This document shows, in pieces, positions 50,243-62,700 of a DNA stretch of 64,000 nt; the first letter of the stretch is position 1; each line of letters starts with the position of its first letter. Source of the stretch: Basidiobolus meristosporus CBS 931.73 (lineage: Eukaryota > Fungi > Basidiobolomycota); NCBI GenBank assembly GCA_002104905.1, contig MCFE01000161.1:1-64000 (forward strand). Direction: 5' to 3'. Made by a program: the position numbers and the translations under genes. The notes beneath the pieces were generated by a model. That model saw nothing but the letters and a program-made list of their open reading frames with translations, made no database searches and was not told where the DNA came from.

Positions 50243-51565
50243 ATGAAGCTCATTGTATACGCCCTGGCTTTGGCACTTACTTCTTTGAGTGCGACTTGGG
50301 CGCAATGCAATCAATACAATCTTCGTAGAGAAATTCGTCAAATATCGAGCTCTGAAAGGGATGCTTTCATAAAGGCAGTGAATGATTTAAAGAGAAGCGG
50401 TAGATATGATGAACTGGTTTCAATTCATCTGAGATATGTCTCTTATGCACACTCGACTCCTGCTTTTTTTCCCTGGCATCGTCAATACATCAGGATATTT
50501 GAGCTAGCTTTGCAACGATTTAATCCAAGCGTGGTACTCCCGTATTGGGTATAGTTTCTACGATTCTTGCCATGTATGATATTGTCGGAGCTAACGATTC
50601 TCTCGGCTAGGATTGGACACTTGATTCTCAAGCACCTGAAGAGAGTCCAATCTGGGAATGGTTTGGTGGGAACGGTAGGGAAGGAGATAGCTGTGTGGTT
50701 GACGGTCCATTTGCTTTCTGGAGGGCTCGTAATCCCCGTCCCCACTGCCTACAACGACAGTGGGATTCAGGAGATAAAATATCCGCCTTCTGGTCGCCGG
50801 AATCAATCAACCACTTCATCGGTGTTTCACGCAGCTTCGACAACTTGAGAAATAATATTGAGCCTGGACCACATGGCTCGGTACACAACAATATCGGTGG
50901 AGACTTCCGATACATGACCAGTGCAAACGAGTAAGTTTTCTACATTTTGGATCAACAAGTCAATTCCAGCTTCTAAGCTTCAATATTGCAATAGTCCAAT
51001 TTTCTTCCTGCACCATGCTTTCGTTGATAAGATCTGGGCAGATTGGCAAAGGTCCCACCGCTCTATGGCGAATGATTACGGTGGTGTTAACCTGGTGGAT
51101 GGTCGAAACGCTACAGTGAACGACAATTTACCGCCATTTAACACTCGTGTACGGCAAATACTCAATACGGACAACCTTTGCTATCGGTATTCGCAAAGTC
51201 AGAGCGCACAATTCCAACCCCAGGAGACTCATACCAAGAGAGCAATCACCCCATTCACGGAGAAAGTCACTCCCGCTTCGAAGATCGAATCGCTGTTGAA
51301 AAATATCCTATCGTACATTCGACCTGATTACAGTACCCTTCTGGGGCTTCCTTCGTCTACTGATCGGGAAACACAGCTCTCAAAGCTTCGTCCACCTCGC
51401 GGTTTGGACGAGGATTTCAGTAACATGATGGGATATGATATTCAGGAAGTACGTAGGCTAGAATTGACCAACGCGCTTTTCTTGAAGAAGCTGAATGAGG
51501 AGGGATATCTTTCGAAGATCTCCTTGGAAAGCAGTAAACAGATCCATGATTTATTTGAAGTCTAG
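50243..51565 (+). CDS. Secreted tyrosinase (type-3 di-copper protein), 3 exons
   Basis: Exons 50243-50548, 50611-50930 and 50995-51565. Signal peptide; RREIRQ; CuA IH..(YA)H...FFPWHR; LPYW|DW; CuB PHGSVHNNIGG..SAN|DPIFFLHHAFVD; CYRYS tyrosine motif. Confidence 0.95.
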
Positions 51566-51989
51566 CCCATTATACATTTTATTCCCGATCTCTACCTCAT
51601 AATGGATTATTTGAGGTTTTTTGACTGTCTTTTTGTACCCTACTAGCCACTTCGACAGAGCACGATACTTGGCATGGAGCTTATCTTGACTTCCCCTTTT
51701 ATTCCCACTATCTACTCTGCTTAATACCAAAGGATATAGCGATATTGCAATAAAGATTTCCTATACTTAGTTTTCTGATTGTCAGTCATGCACCGCAGTG
51801 GTTTGGAAGGATCGAGCGCAATAAGCGGTGAAGAACGGCCGGCAGGGTTATCTTAAATTGAGGTGTTGATACAGGAGAGTGGTTTATTAAGTAGACAAGG
51901 CTGGAGTGGAGAAAGTATTTGTATCGCATCCGAGATAGATGGAAGAATCTCATTCATCACTTGCTTTCAACTAGGCAGATCGTCGATGG

Positions 51990-53620
51990 CTATAGAATCT
52001 TCTTTTGTTGGGCCGGCGAATACTCGGATATTTCGGGGAATTTGGGGAATTCTTCCCTGCCCTGGAATGCTCGGCTATTCTCTCTCTTGAAACGTATCCG
52101 AAGAATTACCGATGTAATAACCGACAGGCTGAGCAGGCAAATGAAGATAATATGGCTAGAGATGTACCGGGGTGCCTCCTTGGCTCTGAAAAATTGGCCC
52201 CCCACAGCCCCACCAATATTGCCAAACGATGATATCAACGCGGTGCTAGTCGCCACCTTGGTAGATCCCCTTATGTTGTTGGATATCCAGGCGAAACAGA
52301 GTGGCATACACACATACAGGCAGAGTGATATAAATACAAGACATCCATATAGGACCCACACGCCTTCCAACACCATCAAAAGGACAAATCCGATGATACA
52401 GCCGGTGGCGCAGACAATGATGTGAATTCCACGTTGCATTACTCTGTCAGAATGATAGGTAATCAGGATGGTGCTGAAGAATGCAACTATATATGGTGGT
52501 GTCGTGAGCAGCTGAGCGTTTACGTCGCTGAAGCCGAGAGAAGCTATGATCGTTGGCAACAGCATCGCCAGGGTGACGGATGGAGTTAACACTGTGAAAT
52601 AGAGAACTAAGAACAGCAGTACGTTGATATCCGTAAAGGAGTCGAGAAATTGAGAACGATCAAATTTCGTATCTTTAGCCACGGTCCCCTCGAGCTCCAG
52701 TCGCTTTGTGGCTATGGCACGCTCTTCACTTGTCAGCCATTTTACCGTTTCAGGGAAATCGGGTAGAGCAAAGCTGGACAATAGAGTGCTTGGTTAGTAT
52801 CGATGGGTGGGCCAAGGATATGGAGACATTGAAAAAAACCCTCACAAAGTCACGATCCCGAAGAAAATCGAGGGAATTCCCTCTATCAAGAAAATCCACT
52901 GCCAGGCCTTCAAGCCCAAAACATCATGCATATGGCTAATAGCATATGCTAGGATCCCGCTAAAGCCACTTGCCAGTAGTGAAACGGCGAAGAGAATCCC
53001 AATCCTGGTAGCCTGCTCTTTTCTGGTGTACCAAAACGAGAAATAATAGATAACGCCGGGAAAAAATCTACACTCCGTAGGGTTCAGATAAGTGGGCAGA
53101 GAAAAGTGGTTGCGAAATTGCCTTACCCTGCTTCAGCAACGCCCAGAAAGAAGCGGATGGACATGAGCCCTGCAAAATTTTTAACCGCGGCAGCACAACA
53201 CGACATGATTCCCCAACTAATCATGATCCGACTTATCCAACGTGAAGGGGTAGCGCGTTTCAAGAGATTATTGGAAGGAATCTCGAAGAATATGTAGCCT
53301 GAATGGGTCACAATCAGTTTGGACCTTGTCAAAAAACGGTCTACCGCACACCACTAACCGAAATAGAATACAGAGAGACACCAGCCAAATTGGCCAGGCT
53401 TTAAGTTCAGGTCTTTCTCCAGATCAAACAGTCGGGCATTCCCTACAAGGAAAACTATGAGCACAAAAGAAACTCGAGGACTCGAAGACAAACATATACC
53501 TAAGTTGATTCGATCAATGACCGAGAGGGTATAGAGAATCAAAATGAGCGGTAGGATTCGGAAGTCGAACTTCCTTACCATTTTTCTCTCGATCTCGCTG
53601 TCCCAGTATTCTCTTGACAT
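51990..53620 (-). CDS. MFS transporter, anion:cation symporter (Dal5/Tna1 allantoate-nicotinate family), 5 exons
   Basis: KFDFRILP, DRINLGNAR, EIPSNNLL, RFFLGVAEAG, FFPGVIYYFSFWY, WQWIFLIEG, LPDFPET..WLT.EE. Confidence 0.95.
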
Positions 53621-56600
53621 GGCTAAGAATATTAGACAAACTATTGCGGACGACACTCAAGTTTATTTATGGCTGCCATTTTCACCCAAGTGTAATTTCT
53701 AGCTCTAAATCGAGAATGCACATCTTCCCAAACTGGCTCTAGATGATTTGAAATTAAACATATTTGACTAATTTTGAACTGTCTGCAACTCCATGGACAT
53801 GGTGCAAGAGTCATCACCTTGCATTCGGTGTAAATTGATAGGATGCAGTAATGAGGCAGAATTGCATTAGCAGAGTTGTCAGTCATGCTTTGAATGCACC
53901 CATCAAGGGACTCCCGACACATCATCCGAGGATAGCGTACAAGTCATCAGTCACGTGAGTAGTCCTCACGATGCTTTGGAAACTTAACTTCAAGTATTCG
54001 ATAGGATGATGGATAGGTACAAATCAAATTTAATGACCACTACCAGGGAATTGTGATCAAATAGAATCACGTTAGTCTTACATCGATCATGGTTTGATAT
54101 GTCCAAGGAAGGTTGTGTCTGTGTATCATTGCCCAAATATAGATACTTTTCGTTTCCAAACCTGGTAAATAAACCTGATCCATGTGAGTCACCTCCAATA
54201 GCAAACTTTACGCTTAGACTGAATATCACTTCAAAATAAAATTTCATCTCTCGTTTTCTTCTAGATCTATCAGAAATGTGTGCTCGTCCATGAATTGTGG
54301 CACTTCTTCCGATATTCATTATGTAAAAAAGATCAATAACTGTATCGCTTTAGCCAACAGTCTCTGAAAAGGCTGGGTTCGAGTAGTTTGGTGCTAAGCT
54401 AAATATATCCAACGGACCCCAAAATTTTCACCTTAGAACATTCCTCCACCTCAACTCTCTTGAATAGGTTTAGCTAAATACTGTGCATAGTTTATGGATT
54501 TCAGTATCTTGGGAAAGACCAAGATTCAGGTCAAGTTCATTCAGAAAATCCGAAGCTCTCTGAAGAAGCTTCCAAGAGTTTCTATGAGGCGGTATCATTA
54601 CCATTTTGGCCCACTTAGACATCAATGGATTCCACCAAATATGTCTTTATCTCAACACACCCAAATAGTTTCATACTCTCCCGAATGGACACAATGCTTT
54701 CAACATGAGTGCAACAATATGAATAGTAAGTGAATGCAATTACGAACTAGGGCTTTCCTTGACGCGGTCGCTTTGATTTAGAATAAATCCTATGCCACAA
54801 AGCATGATGGTCTATAGCAAGATGGAGATTAATTGGGCATGTTGAGTAAACCTGCTCCAGCTGTTTTTGTTCGCTAGATCAGAAAGGTCTACGGCTGGCT
54901 TAAATCACAATAACTGGCACAACTGAACGGGAGTGCCTACAGCTAGAAATGTGTCATTGAGAATAAGACCAGTAGTTTGGTTGATTGAAACATGCTGAAA
55001 GTGGCGTGTTGTTGAGCCCAAATTAAAGTTTAGGAGCCATTAGACGGAGGAGTGCTCAGCATTAGATGAACCCACCAAGCCACCGCTGCAATAAGTTAGG
55101 TGAATATGTGCATCAGAAACAAGAGAAATATGTGTTTACAATGCCAAAAGTTACACAGCCATCAAATTTACTTATACTATCAATGAGGTTGTAGTTAGAA
55201 ACACCCAAAAGCATTGCAAAGTATTATGGTCATTCTTGGGGTGCAAGAAACAGTCCAACATCTGATGGAAATAATTGGGTTTTGAGATGTAGGGAATAAA
55301 CCTACATGAGAGCATCGAGACCATGCCCAGTTTGAAATAACAAATTCAAACATGTATTATAATAGCCTTGCCACAACTCGGAAAGTAGGTATTTTTTTCC
55401 TGAATACAGTACGCATACGTACAACACAAGACGGTTAGTTGATGAATTCAACATTATTGGATTATGGAGTTGGGAGAACCATTTGGGTTTCTCCAAACCA
55501 ACAACCCACTTGGGGACAAACCGGATCCAGGGTGAGCAGGGATTACAAACAAGATATATGGACTCTATGGTTGGAGGACTGAATCATCGTTCTGATATGA
55601 ATGCTCATCCTTGTGCAAGGGAGAAATATAACCTAAAATGCGATATTGGGGCTGACTGCACTCTACCATCGATATTGATTATCTCTGGACAAAGCACGGA
55701 ATACGCCGTCACGCAGGTATTTACAGTGACGTCCCCATGGAATATTGAGCTTACTGATCGTGACTTACTTGGACTGATTGGTGGGTGTGCTAGGGTCACA
55801 TAAAACATGCATTCACCACCATGTGCCGCGCCTGTAGGTGATGTGATTATTAGAGTAAAAGATAGGCTAGGCAGCAACAAACGGTTGGATCACTCTATAT
55901 TTTATTTGAGATTACTAACTGGATATTACCTAACCAGGGAAATTAATTACCCTCCTCTTTTCCTTTCTCGATGGATTAGTGTGGCTTTTCCAGCCAGGCA
56001 ATCATTTCAACCTGCGGAGACACAGCAAGTTTGCTCCTGAAATTCAAATCTAAATAGCACAAATCCCAACGTACTACCAAATGTTTTCTGATCAAATAGG
56101 TTCGCACCAAATATACAGGTTGTGATAGCCCGGACTTGTCTAAATATCGACTCACCCACAAACATCAGGTGTGAAATTGTGGGTTTAGTTCGCATGCAAG
56201 TCGATCTGGATTTTGACAGTAGTAAATGGCAATCTATGTTCTAAAAGAATACATCAATGAATATGCAGATGCACAAGGAATGGGCGGGCGATCTGTGAGC
56301 CAATGGCTTGACTATGAGCTGGTTCCTTGTATAATGTGTGCAGTGTATGACATCATTCGGAAGGATCATTCGGAAGGATTGTTTCCTTTCGCGATCAGTC
56401 TCAGTAGTAAATTTGTTATTTATAGTTGCTATTTGGATTTCAAAATCCAGTCGCGATGATGCATGTCAGCAATTAATCAGTTAATCAAGGATTCTCCAGC
56501 AACACAACTCTTGGTTTGTTGCTGTTGTGATCCAAGCCCGGTATTATCCATGACAGGAGTAAATCCCTATATCACAGACCGTGAACGATACGCGTGGCAT

Positions 56601-56761
56601 TCATAAGTTATCCCAGTGTCTTGTATTATCTGAACTATGGAAATCGGTGTAGGCCCAAACACCAAACAACCAGAACGTCGAGAGAAAAGAGTGATGCATC
56701 GAATGCTTGGTGAATGCTAACTTGGTTTTACTATTAAACGGGATCCATAATGTGGGGGATT

Positions 56762-57977
56762 TCATTGATGGTGACTTTCGGGCGTTTGGTTGGAGTTGTG
56801 TTCATCCTCCAATTCCCGAATGGTGTTGACCGGAAATGGTAGCGAATACATTGAAGAGGAAGTTGGCGGTGGAGAGGATGGGATTGTACTTGGCTGGGAT
56901 TTAGGGGAAGTGGATCGGCTTAACCGTGAGTTTGGCTGATGTGTTTTCAAATGCCGCCGTAAATTGGACAGGACAGAGAACTTTTTTTGACATCCCATCA
57001 CTTGGCAAACATAGGGTTTCTCACCAGTATGCGAGTATATATGAGTTTTGAGAGAGCTCGGCCTGTTGAACATTTTTTCACATACAGTGCATTTGTACCG
57101 CTTCTGCTCCTCCGATTTCGCCTCACGTAGCAGTAATTCGGCTGGAGAATCAAGTAAATTCGCTTGAACCATCTTATCTACCATGATTGGCTTTGTTGAT
57201 TCGAATGTTGATCCAGATAAGATCCTTGAGTCAAGTGTGTCTTGCGCTGGGCTCGTATCTAACGGTTGGCTATTCATTTGCGTTGAGTCATGGATAAGGC
57301 TTTCCGTGACCGCGTGGCCCCCGAACTCATAGGTGTCTCCTGTGGTAAACGAAGGATCCGGGAGAGAGAGTTTGTATGGATATTCTTGATGTGTGCATTC
57401 CGAAGGTGTTAGCATGGGAGTTAGTACATCAGAGTCTGGCTGTGTGTTTATTTTGGAAATGCTATTAGGATTAGAGCTAGCCTGTGATGTTGACGGTTCT
57501 TTACTCGAATCATTAAAATACACTGCTTCAGTGGAATATCTCCTCCAGCTAGCACCTACTGAATAAGCTAAGTTATGACAATATGACCCAACTTCGCCGA
57601 ATGATTTTGACCGCTCAGCTTGCTCTACTGACATCCTCTTTGCAGGTATCTGGTTAGGCGATACAGTCAACGCTCCAGACTCGTTAGCTCGAAGCGTATT
57701 CATGATGGCTGTGTCAGTAGTGGGTGAGATAGGATATTCTTCGCGATTTTGCTAGATATTCATCAATAACAAGTCAACGAAGGCATTTTTCAGTCGTTAT
57801 GTTGAGAAAAGCGTCCACACACTTCGCGCCACCGATAGTTGCTTCTCCCAAAATTAATTCAAGATACCTTACCATGAAAGCAGTTCCAGTGAAAAATGGG
57901 TTTTCTGTGTCTTCAAGCTGGCTATACTCGGTAATTTTTGGTTTAAAGCTGTCCTTCTCATCAGGTGAAAGTGACAT
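56762..57977 (-). CDS. Two-finger C2H2 transcription factor, FlbC-like
   Basis: Exons 57977-57873 and 57751-56762 (intron gtaagg..ctag, in frame). Fingers YKCTVCEKMFNRPSSLKTHIYSHTGEKPYVCQVMGCQKKFSVLSNLRRHLKTH match the FlbC-type RPSSL.TH.YSHTGEKP..C...GC...FSV.SNLRRH signature. Confidence 0.9.
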
Positions 57978-58599
57978 CGCACGCGTGAACTCCCAAGGGG
58001 GTTCTTCTATGTTTGAGCCTAAAGACAAGTATCAACAGTTCTATTGCACTAACGTACTTGGTTCGTAATGGACATACACTCTAGTTTTATGGGGATAGGT
58101 GACAGAGAATATAATCTGAATTCTTTAGGAATGAAGCAACGATATATCATTTAGTGTGTATTTGTAGGGTGATCTGAGACACGTATTGATATGGGTTGAC
58201 GATGAATAGTCAAATCGATGTAACCCTTGTTACCCAGTTATTCCTAATATATTCCATAGCGAAGTTATAATTAATTTACATGTGATAATTACTGATCAGA
58301 ACAATAATCGATGAACAGTTTGATCATTACATTGCCAAGTATGCATTGGGCTGCCGATCATCCGAAGTTATCTATATAGAGTTGATTCGGGAATTCACGT
58401 TCATTGGTTGCTATTCATTTAACCTATTTGTGATCCAAGAGATTCTTTTATTCTGCGTATCATATTTGACACCGCAGCTAAGTGTTGATTTTGGCAGATT
58501 CTATGATGGAGGTTCCAGGTTACAAAATTATTTTATCGAAAAACATAAGCTTTAAGCTTCAATCAGCCTGTGCAGTTTGCGACTGAGTGGGTTATACCT

Positions 58600-60805
58600 T
58601 CAAGGCAATATTCTGGGGAGAATGCTATCAATTACTTTTAGTCCCTCTTCCGTCGGCTGCAAGCCGCCGGCATTGCCACTGGTCCAAATTAGGAGGCCAG
58701 CATCTACTAATGATTCTACTTGGCCCATATTCAAAAACTGTGCTTTGTTAGATGGCACAATGATTAAAGATGCAAAATTAAACCATAGATATTACTTCAC
58801 TTAAGGAATCCCCGTTAGAGTAGAAAGAAAAGCGAGCCTCCGGGATACCGGTCATAGTTCGTAACCCGAATAGGACTAATTCCTATCAACAGTGTCACTA
58901 ACATCCCGATTAATCAACCATGCTAAAACCATGATTACCACTTTCATCTCGTTTACCGAGAGTTCAACGGATTTTCTTAAACTGCAAGACTTATGAGTGA
59001 GGGTCAAGACAAAACAACAACAGAAAATTCGTACCCATGTCCTATCTGTTCACACTGCTTCATCCACCCTTCAGGCGATGCAATCTAACATGTATGGTTA
59101 GTATATGCGATATTCTCTTCCATTGTTAAGCTGTACTCACTCTAAAGGTTCTTTGCCTTGTAATGCCCTGCGAGTCATAGACTCTTCCATGAGCTCCGGG
59201 TCCAATTCCTAATTCCGGCTTAGCCTCCATGAGAAGAAGGAAGTGATACGAGTCACATACCGATGTAATCCAAACCCTCCCAATAGCTGTTGTTGTGTTT
59301 ACTGATACGCTGGTTTCTAGCGAAGTTAGATACCTCATAATGCTTAAACCCGTACATAGCAGCTATCTACAAATAACCTTAGAATACAATACTTGGGTAA
59401 ACAAAATGAGATCATTTACCTCGACATTGATCTCATACATATCGCACGAAACCTCTTCCGGTAATTGCAGGCTGCCCTTTCGATACCTGTTGAACATTCT
59501 GAAATAGCCCTTATTATCATCATGTCATAATCAAAGACCAGAGAAAGCCATAGCTTACTCTGTTCCTCTCTTCAAAGTCAGTTGATAAAGAGATATGTGG
59601 TCATCAGCAAGTGAGAGTGCAATCTGTAGAAGCGGATTCATATAAGATAGCAGTTACAATACAATACAAAAACGCGCAGGAATCATCACCTTTAACTCTT
59701 TTTCCCAGTTTTCCAATGTTTGGCCTTCCCGGCCGTAAATAAGATCAAACGTTACTTGCCCGGGGAATATCTTTTTGGCCTCACGTAAGCAGTCTAGGGC
59801 TTCTTCAACAGAATGGTCCCGCCCGAATATTTTCAAATCGGTATCATTCAGGGCCTACTTGTTACTAATTGGCAGTTGTTTTTGAATTATCCTGAAGATT
59901 AGGACGAACCTGGATGCCTAATGACACTCTGTTTACTCCGATAGCTTTGAAATCAACTAGCTTCGAAGTCTCGACTGACTAAATCAGGCCATAGTTCGAT
60001 TAGGTAAGGTGAATCAAGCGCGTAAATGACCAAATAATCACCGTAGGATTCCCCTAAAACCGAATTAGCACTTGATTAGAATCAAGGGGACTAGATTTCT
60101 TACTTCGATTGAGATTTCCGCATCGGAAGGTAGGTAGCACCGTCTGGATATCTCATCGAGTATTCTTTGAAATGTAGTTGGCTATGGAAATGAACGAAAC
60201 ACTTCAGTGCCCGCTAAACAATACATACAAGCCCAGTCCATTCTTCTTACTTTTGCTAAACCTACAGAGAATCATTTGTTAACAATCAGACAGGTCAACT
60301 CAACACCAATCAGCGACGTACTGGGAGTACCCCCTACCAAGTAAAGCAAACAGGTCAGATAAATGCTCCATACCAGCAAGAAAGCAACTTGCATACCTCC
60401 AAAGTAAACGCTATTTATCGTGCGTCCCTCGTAGCCTCTTGTAATCGCATCTGATAATTCGGATATCAGAGCAGCTTCCATTCTATCGTGGTCGGGTCGT
60501 GGATTTATATACCGATTGAAATTACAGTATGTACATTTGCTTTCAAACGGGAATTAGTGGTTGAATCAAAAGAAGACTAGGATGGACTGCTTTTAAAATG
60601 TTACCTCTTGCAGTAAGGCCAATGAACATACACGGATACTGGTTGTTTTGCATCTGTGTGAGCGTTGGTAGTAAAGTGTTTGTGTGTTTCTAATAATGGG
60701 AAAGTCAGCACCAGGGGTAAGCGTGATATACAAACGCCAAGCCGTACCGGCCAAAAGCCTTATTGGCCTCAACACGGACCGTCCTCTTCGGGGAAATAGG
60801 TTCAT
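58600..60805 (-). CDS. RSAD1: RSAD1/HemW-like radical-SAM heme chaperone (HemN family), ~17 exons
   Basis: SVYVHWPYCKS|KCTYCNFN (CX3CX2C), YFGGGTPS, EGNPT, NRVSLGIQ, DLIYGR, HISLYQLT, HYEVSNFAR, HN.SYW...DYIGIGPGAHGR, and HemN_C-like LQPTEEGLKVIDSIL. Stop at 58600. Confidence 0.93.
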
Positions 60806-61659
60806 GATTTCCAACTCGCCACAGAGCAACGCCTGGTTAATCTACCACAGATCACAAATATAAAATTTTCAATCGGTATTAAATCTTATACCATCCTAAA
60901 TCCGTGGTGAAGCCCGTCACTAGCCATCAATAAATTACTGTACCTAACCCTGACAATTTTGAAGTATTTGCAAATATGTTCTCTTCTGATAAGTGATTAT
61001 AATTTCCCAAATGATCTTTAAACTCGCTGATCAGAGGTCTGGTGCGTTTTCAAGATATCACTAAAGCTACAATAACATTTATCCAATGTAGTGGAAAGAT
61101 GCATAGTCTTCTGTCATCAAACAACGCGTTCCCTCATGCCTTTTATTTCCTATCATAGTGGTATCTTTATTTTACTCAATATGCCAACAATTATGCCCCG
61201 ATTCTTATGAATTCTCCAGATGCAGACAAATCAGTTCTACTCTTAATCATTCATTAAATTAGTTCTTTCATTTCCATCCAGCTCCTGGCCTTCAAGGCTT
61301 GCATTCTTCGGTATTCAGTTCTGAGTAATCAATAGGATATTCTCCGCAAATAATTCCACGGTATCCAAGACCCCAAACTTAGCACACGATCCTAGGACCT
61401 TCCATAGCATACCATCTATACCCTGCTTTATAAGGGCCACGAAAAGTAAAAGTACTTTATTTCAACTGTACAATACATACCTTTAAAATCCCGATTCACT
61501 TACTGGCTTCTAATCCTACCTGCTATGAACATATATTTCACTTTTTCTACATTTCTTACAGGATAACTTTAAGTAACAGATAGCGGAAGTCGGAGTAAAC
61601 CTTTCCTTAAAAGAGGGATTATGTTCCTAAACTCAAGAACCAAATAGAAATTGGGGATG

Positions 61660-62004
61660 AGGAGTGATTTTGGTCGATTATATCAAGATATACCTTAACT
61701 TGGTCAATTAAATCATAGCTTTTTGAACTGGAATATCTCCTAACAAACTCCTTGTCGGGATTTAGTTATCAAATTTTCATGATCTGGGTACCTGTCTTTT
61801 ATTTTAATATTCAATGTTGTCCAAAAGCCCCAAACTTTGCGCACATGTTCTTGAAATCTTTCTAAGCATATTCTACATGTTTGAATTGCCAAGATCTTGT
61901 AGAAATATAGACACTACTTTTGCATTCAATAAATCGTGTAGTGAAAACCACACAATCTACTAGTTCTCTCAATCACCTCCAATATCTCCAAAACTCTCAC
62001 AACA
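61660..62004 (+). mobile_element. Degenerate solo LTR of the same copia family
   Basis: Blocks ccttgtcgggattta, gccccaaactttgc.cacatgttcttg, ttcaataaatc...gtgaaaaccaca.aatctac and ccaatatctccaa.actct.acaaca. The left boundary is approximate. Confidence 0.88.
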
Positions 62005-62151
62005 TATGCTTTACTTGTAGATTAATTCGGTGCTATGCTTTGTGGAGTTGGCGAGGCTGGCAATTGAAATGTGTTTTGAATGGCAATGAATAGGTATTTA
62101 CAGAGTTTTATCGTTTTCGTTTTTCCACTATTATCCCTATGAAAAATCCCA

Positions 62152-62700
62152 GACTTGGAATTCATCTGATGCTGGTATCCTAACGGTACTTTGATGGCAT
62201 TCAGCTGGTGTTTTTCTTCCAAATTTTTGGTTGGAATTCTTTGTGGAAGTAGTGATTAGCTTATTACTAACTTTGATATGAATGCTATGTAGCCTAGTCT
62301 CCTCATAGAAAGTATGTCTGCTTATCTGCCAAGTAGCCAGTGAGATATTGAGAGTTGTGAGTTTAAAGAAACTTGGAATTCAGCTGATATTATGATGGTA
62401 TTCTGCTGGTCTTATATTAATTTTATGGGGGACAATGGAATATACCAAATTGATTCCGTCCCAGTTGATGCCTAGCAATCTGTTTATACTTGGTGAATTA
62501 TCAGTAATACCAATTGTTTGCAGCATGTGGAGTTTGTTATAGGCAATATGTGCAATTGTATTAAGGTTGGTAATTAGAGCTGTGCACAGAAGTTGAGTAG
62601 TTTGTAAGATGTCAGCACACTGGAAATCCTGAGATGTTTGAGTATTCAGTATGCTGGGTGCTTCAGAAGTTAACAATACTCTCAAGTGATATTCCCAATC
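62152..62700 (-). mobile_element. Degenerate repeat, possibly a Ty3/gypsy gag relic; includes a copy of the 6898-7150 repeat
   Basis: DNA homology to 6898-7150 is direct. The gag-like identity rests only on weak peptide resemblance (NWDGIN; HYFHKEFQPKI). Confidence 0.5.

Noticed and set aside
24096-51565. Tyrosinase plus amine-transporter-like MFS as a catecholamine/melanin gene cluster
   Set aside because: They are 25 kb apart, separated by a TE nest and housekeeping genes. The adjacent Dal5-type MFS is convergent and generic, and there is no evidence of co-regulation.
55093-55108. 16-nt match TAAGTTAGGTGAATAT to the copia LTR
   Set aside because: No flanking homology; an AT-rich match of this length could be chance.
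53990-55880. Disrupted reading frames with TLDc-like (FAIGGDSHG) or PIF1-like (IFGGIH.CLSG) peptides
   Set aside because: Single weak motifs in different frames with many stops; not enough to call a pseudogene or Helitron.
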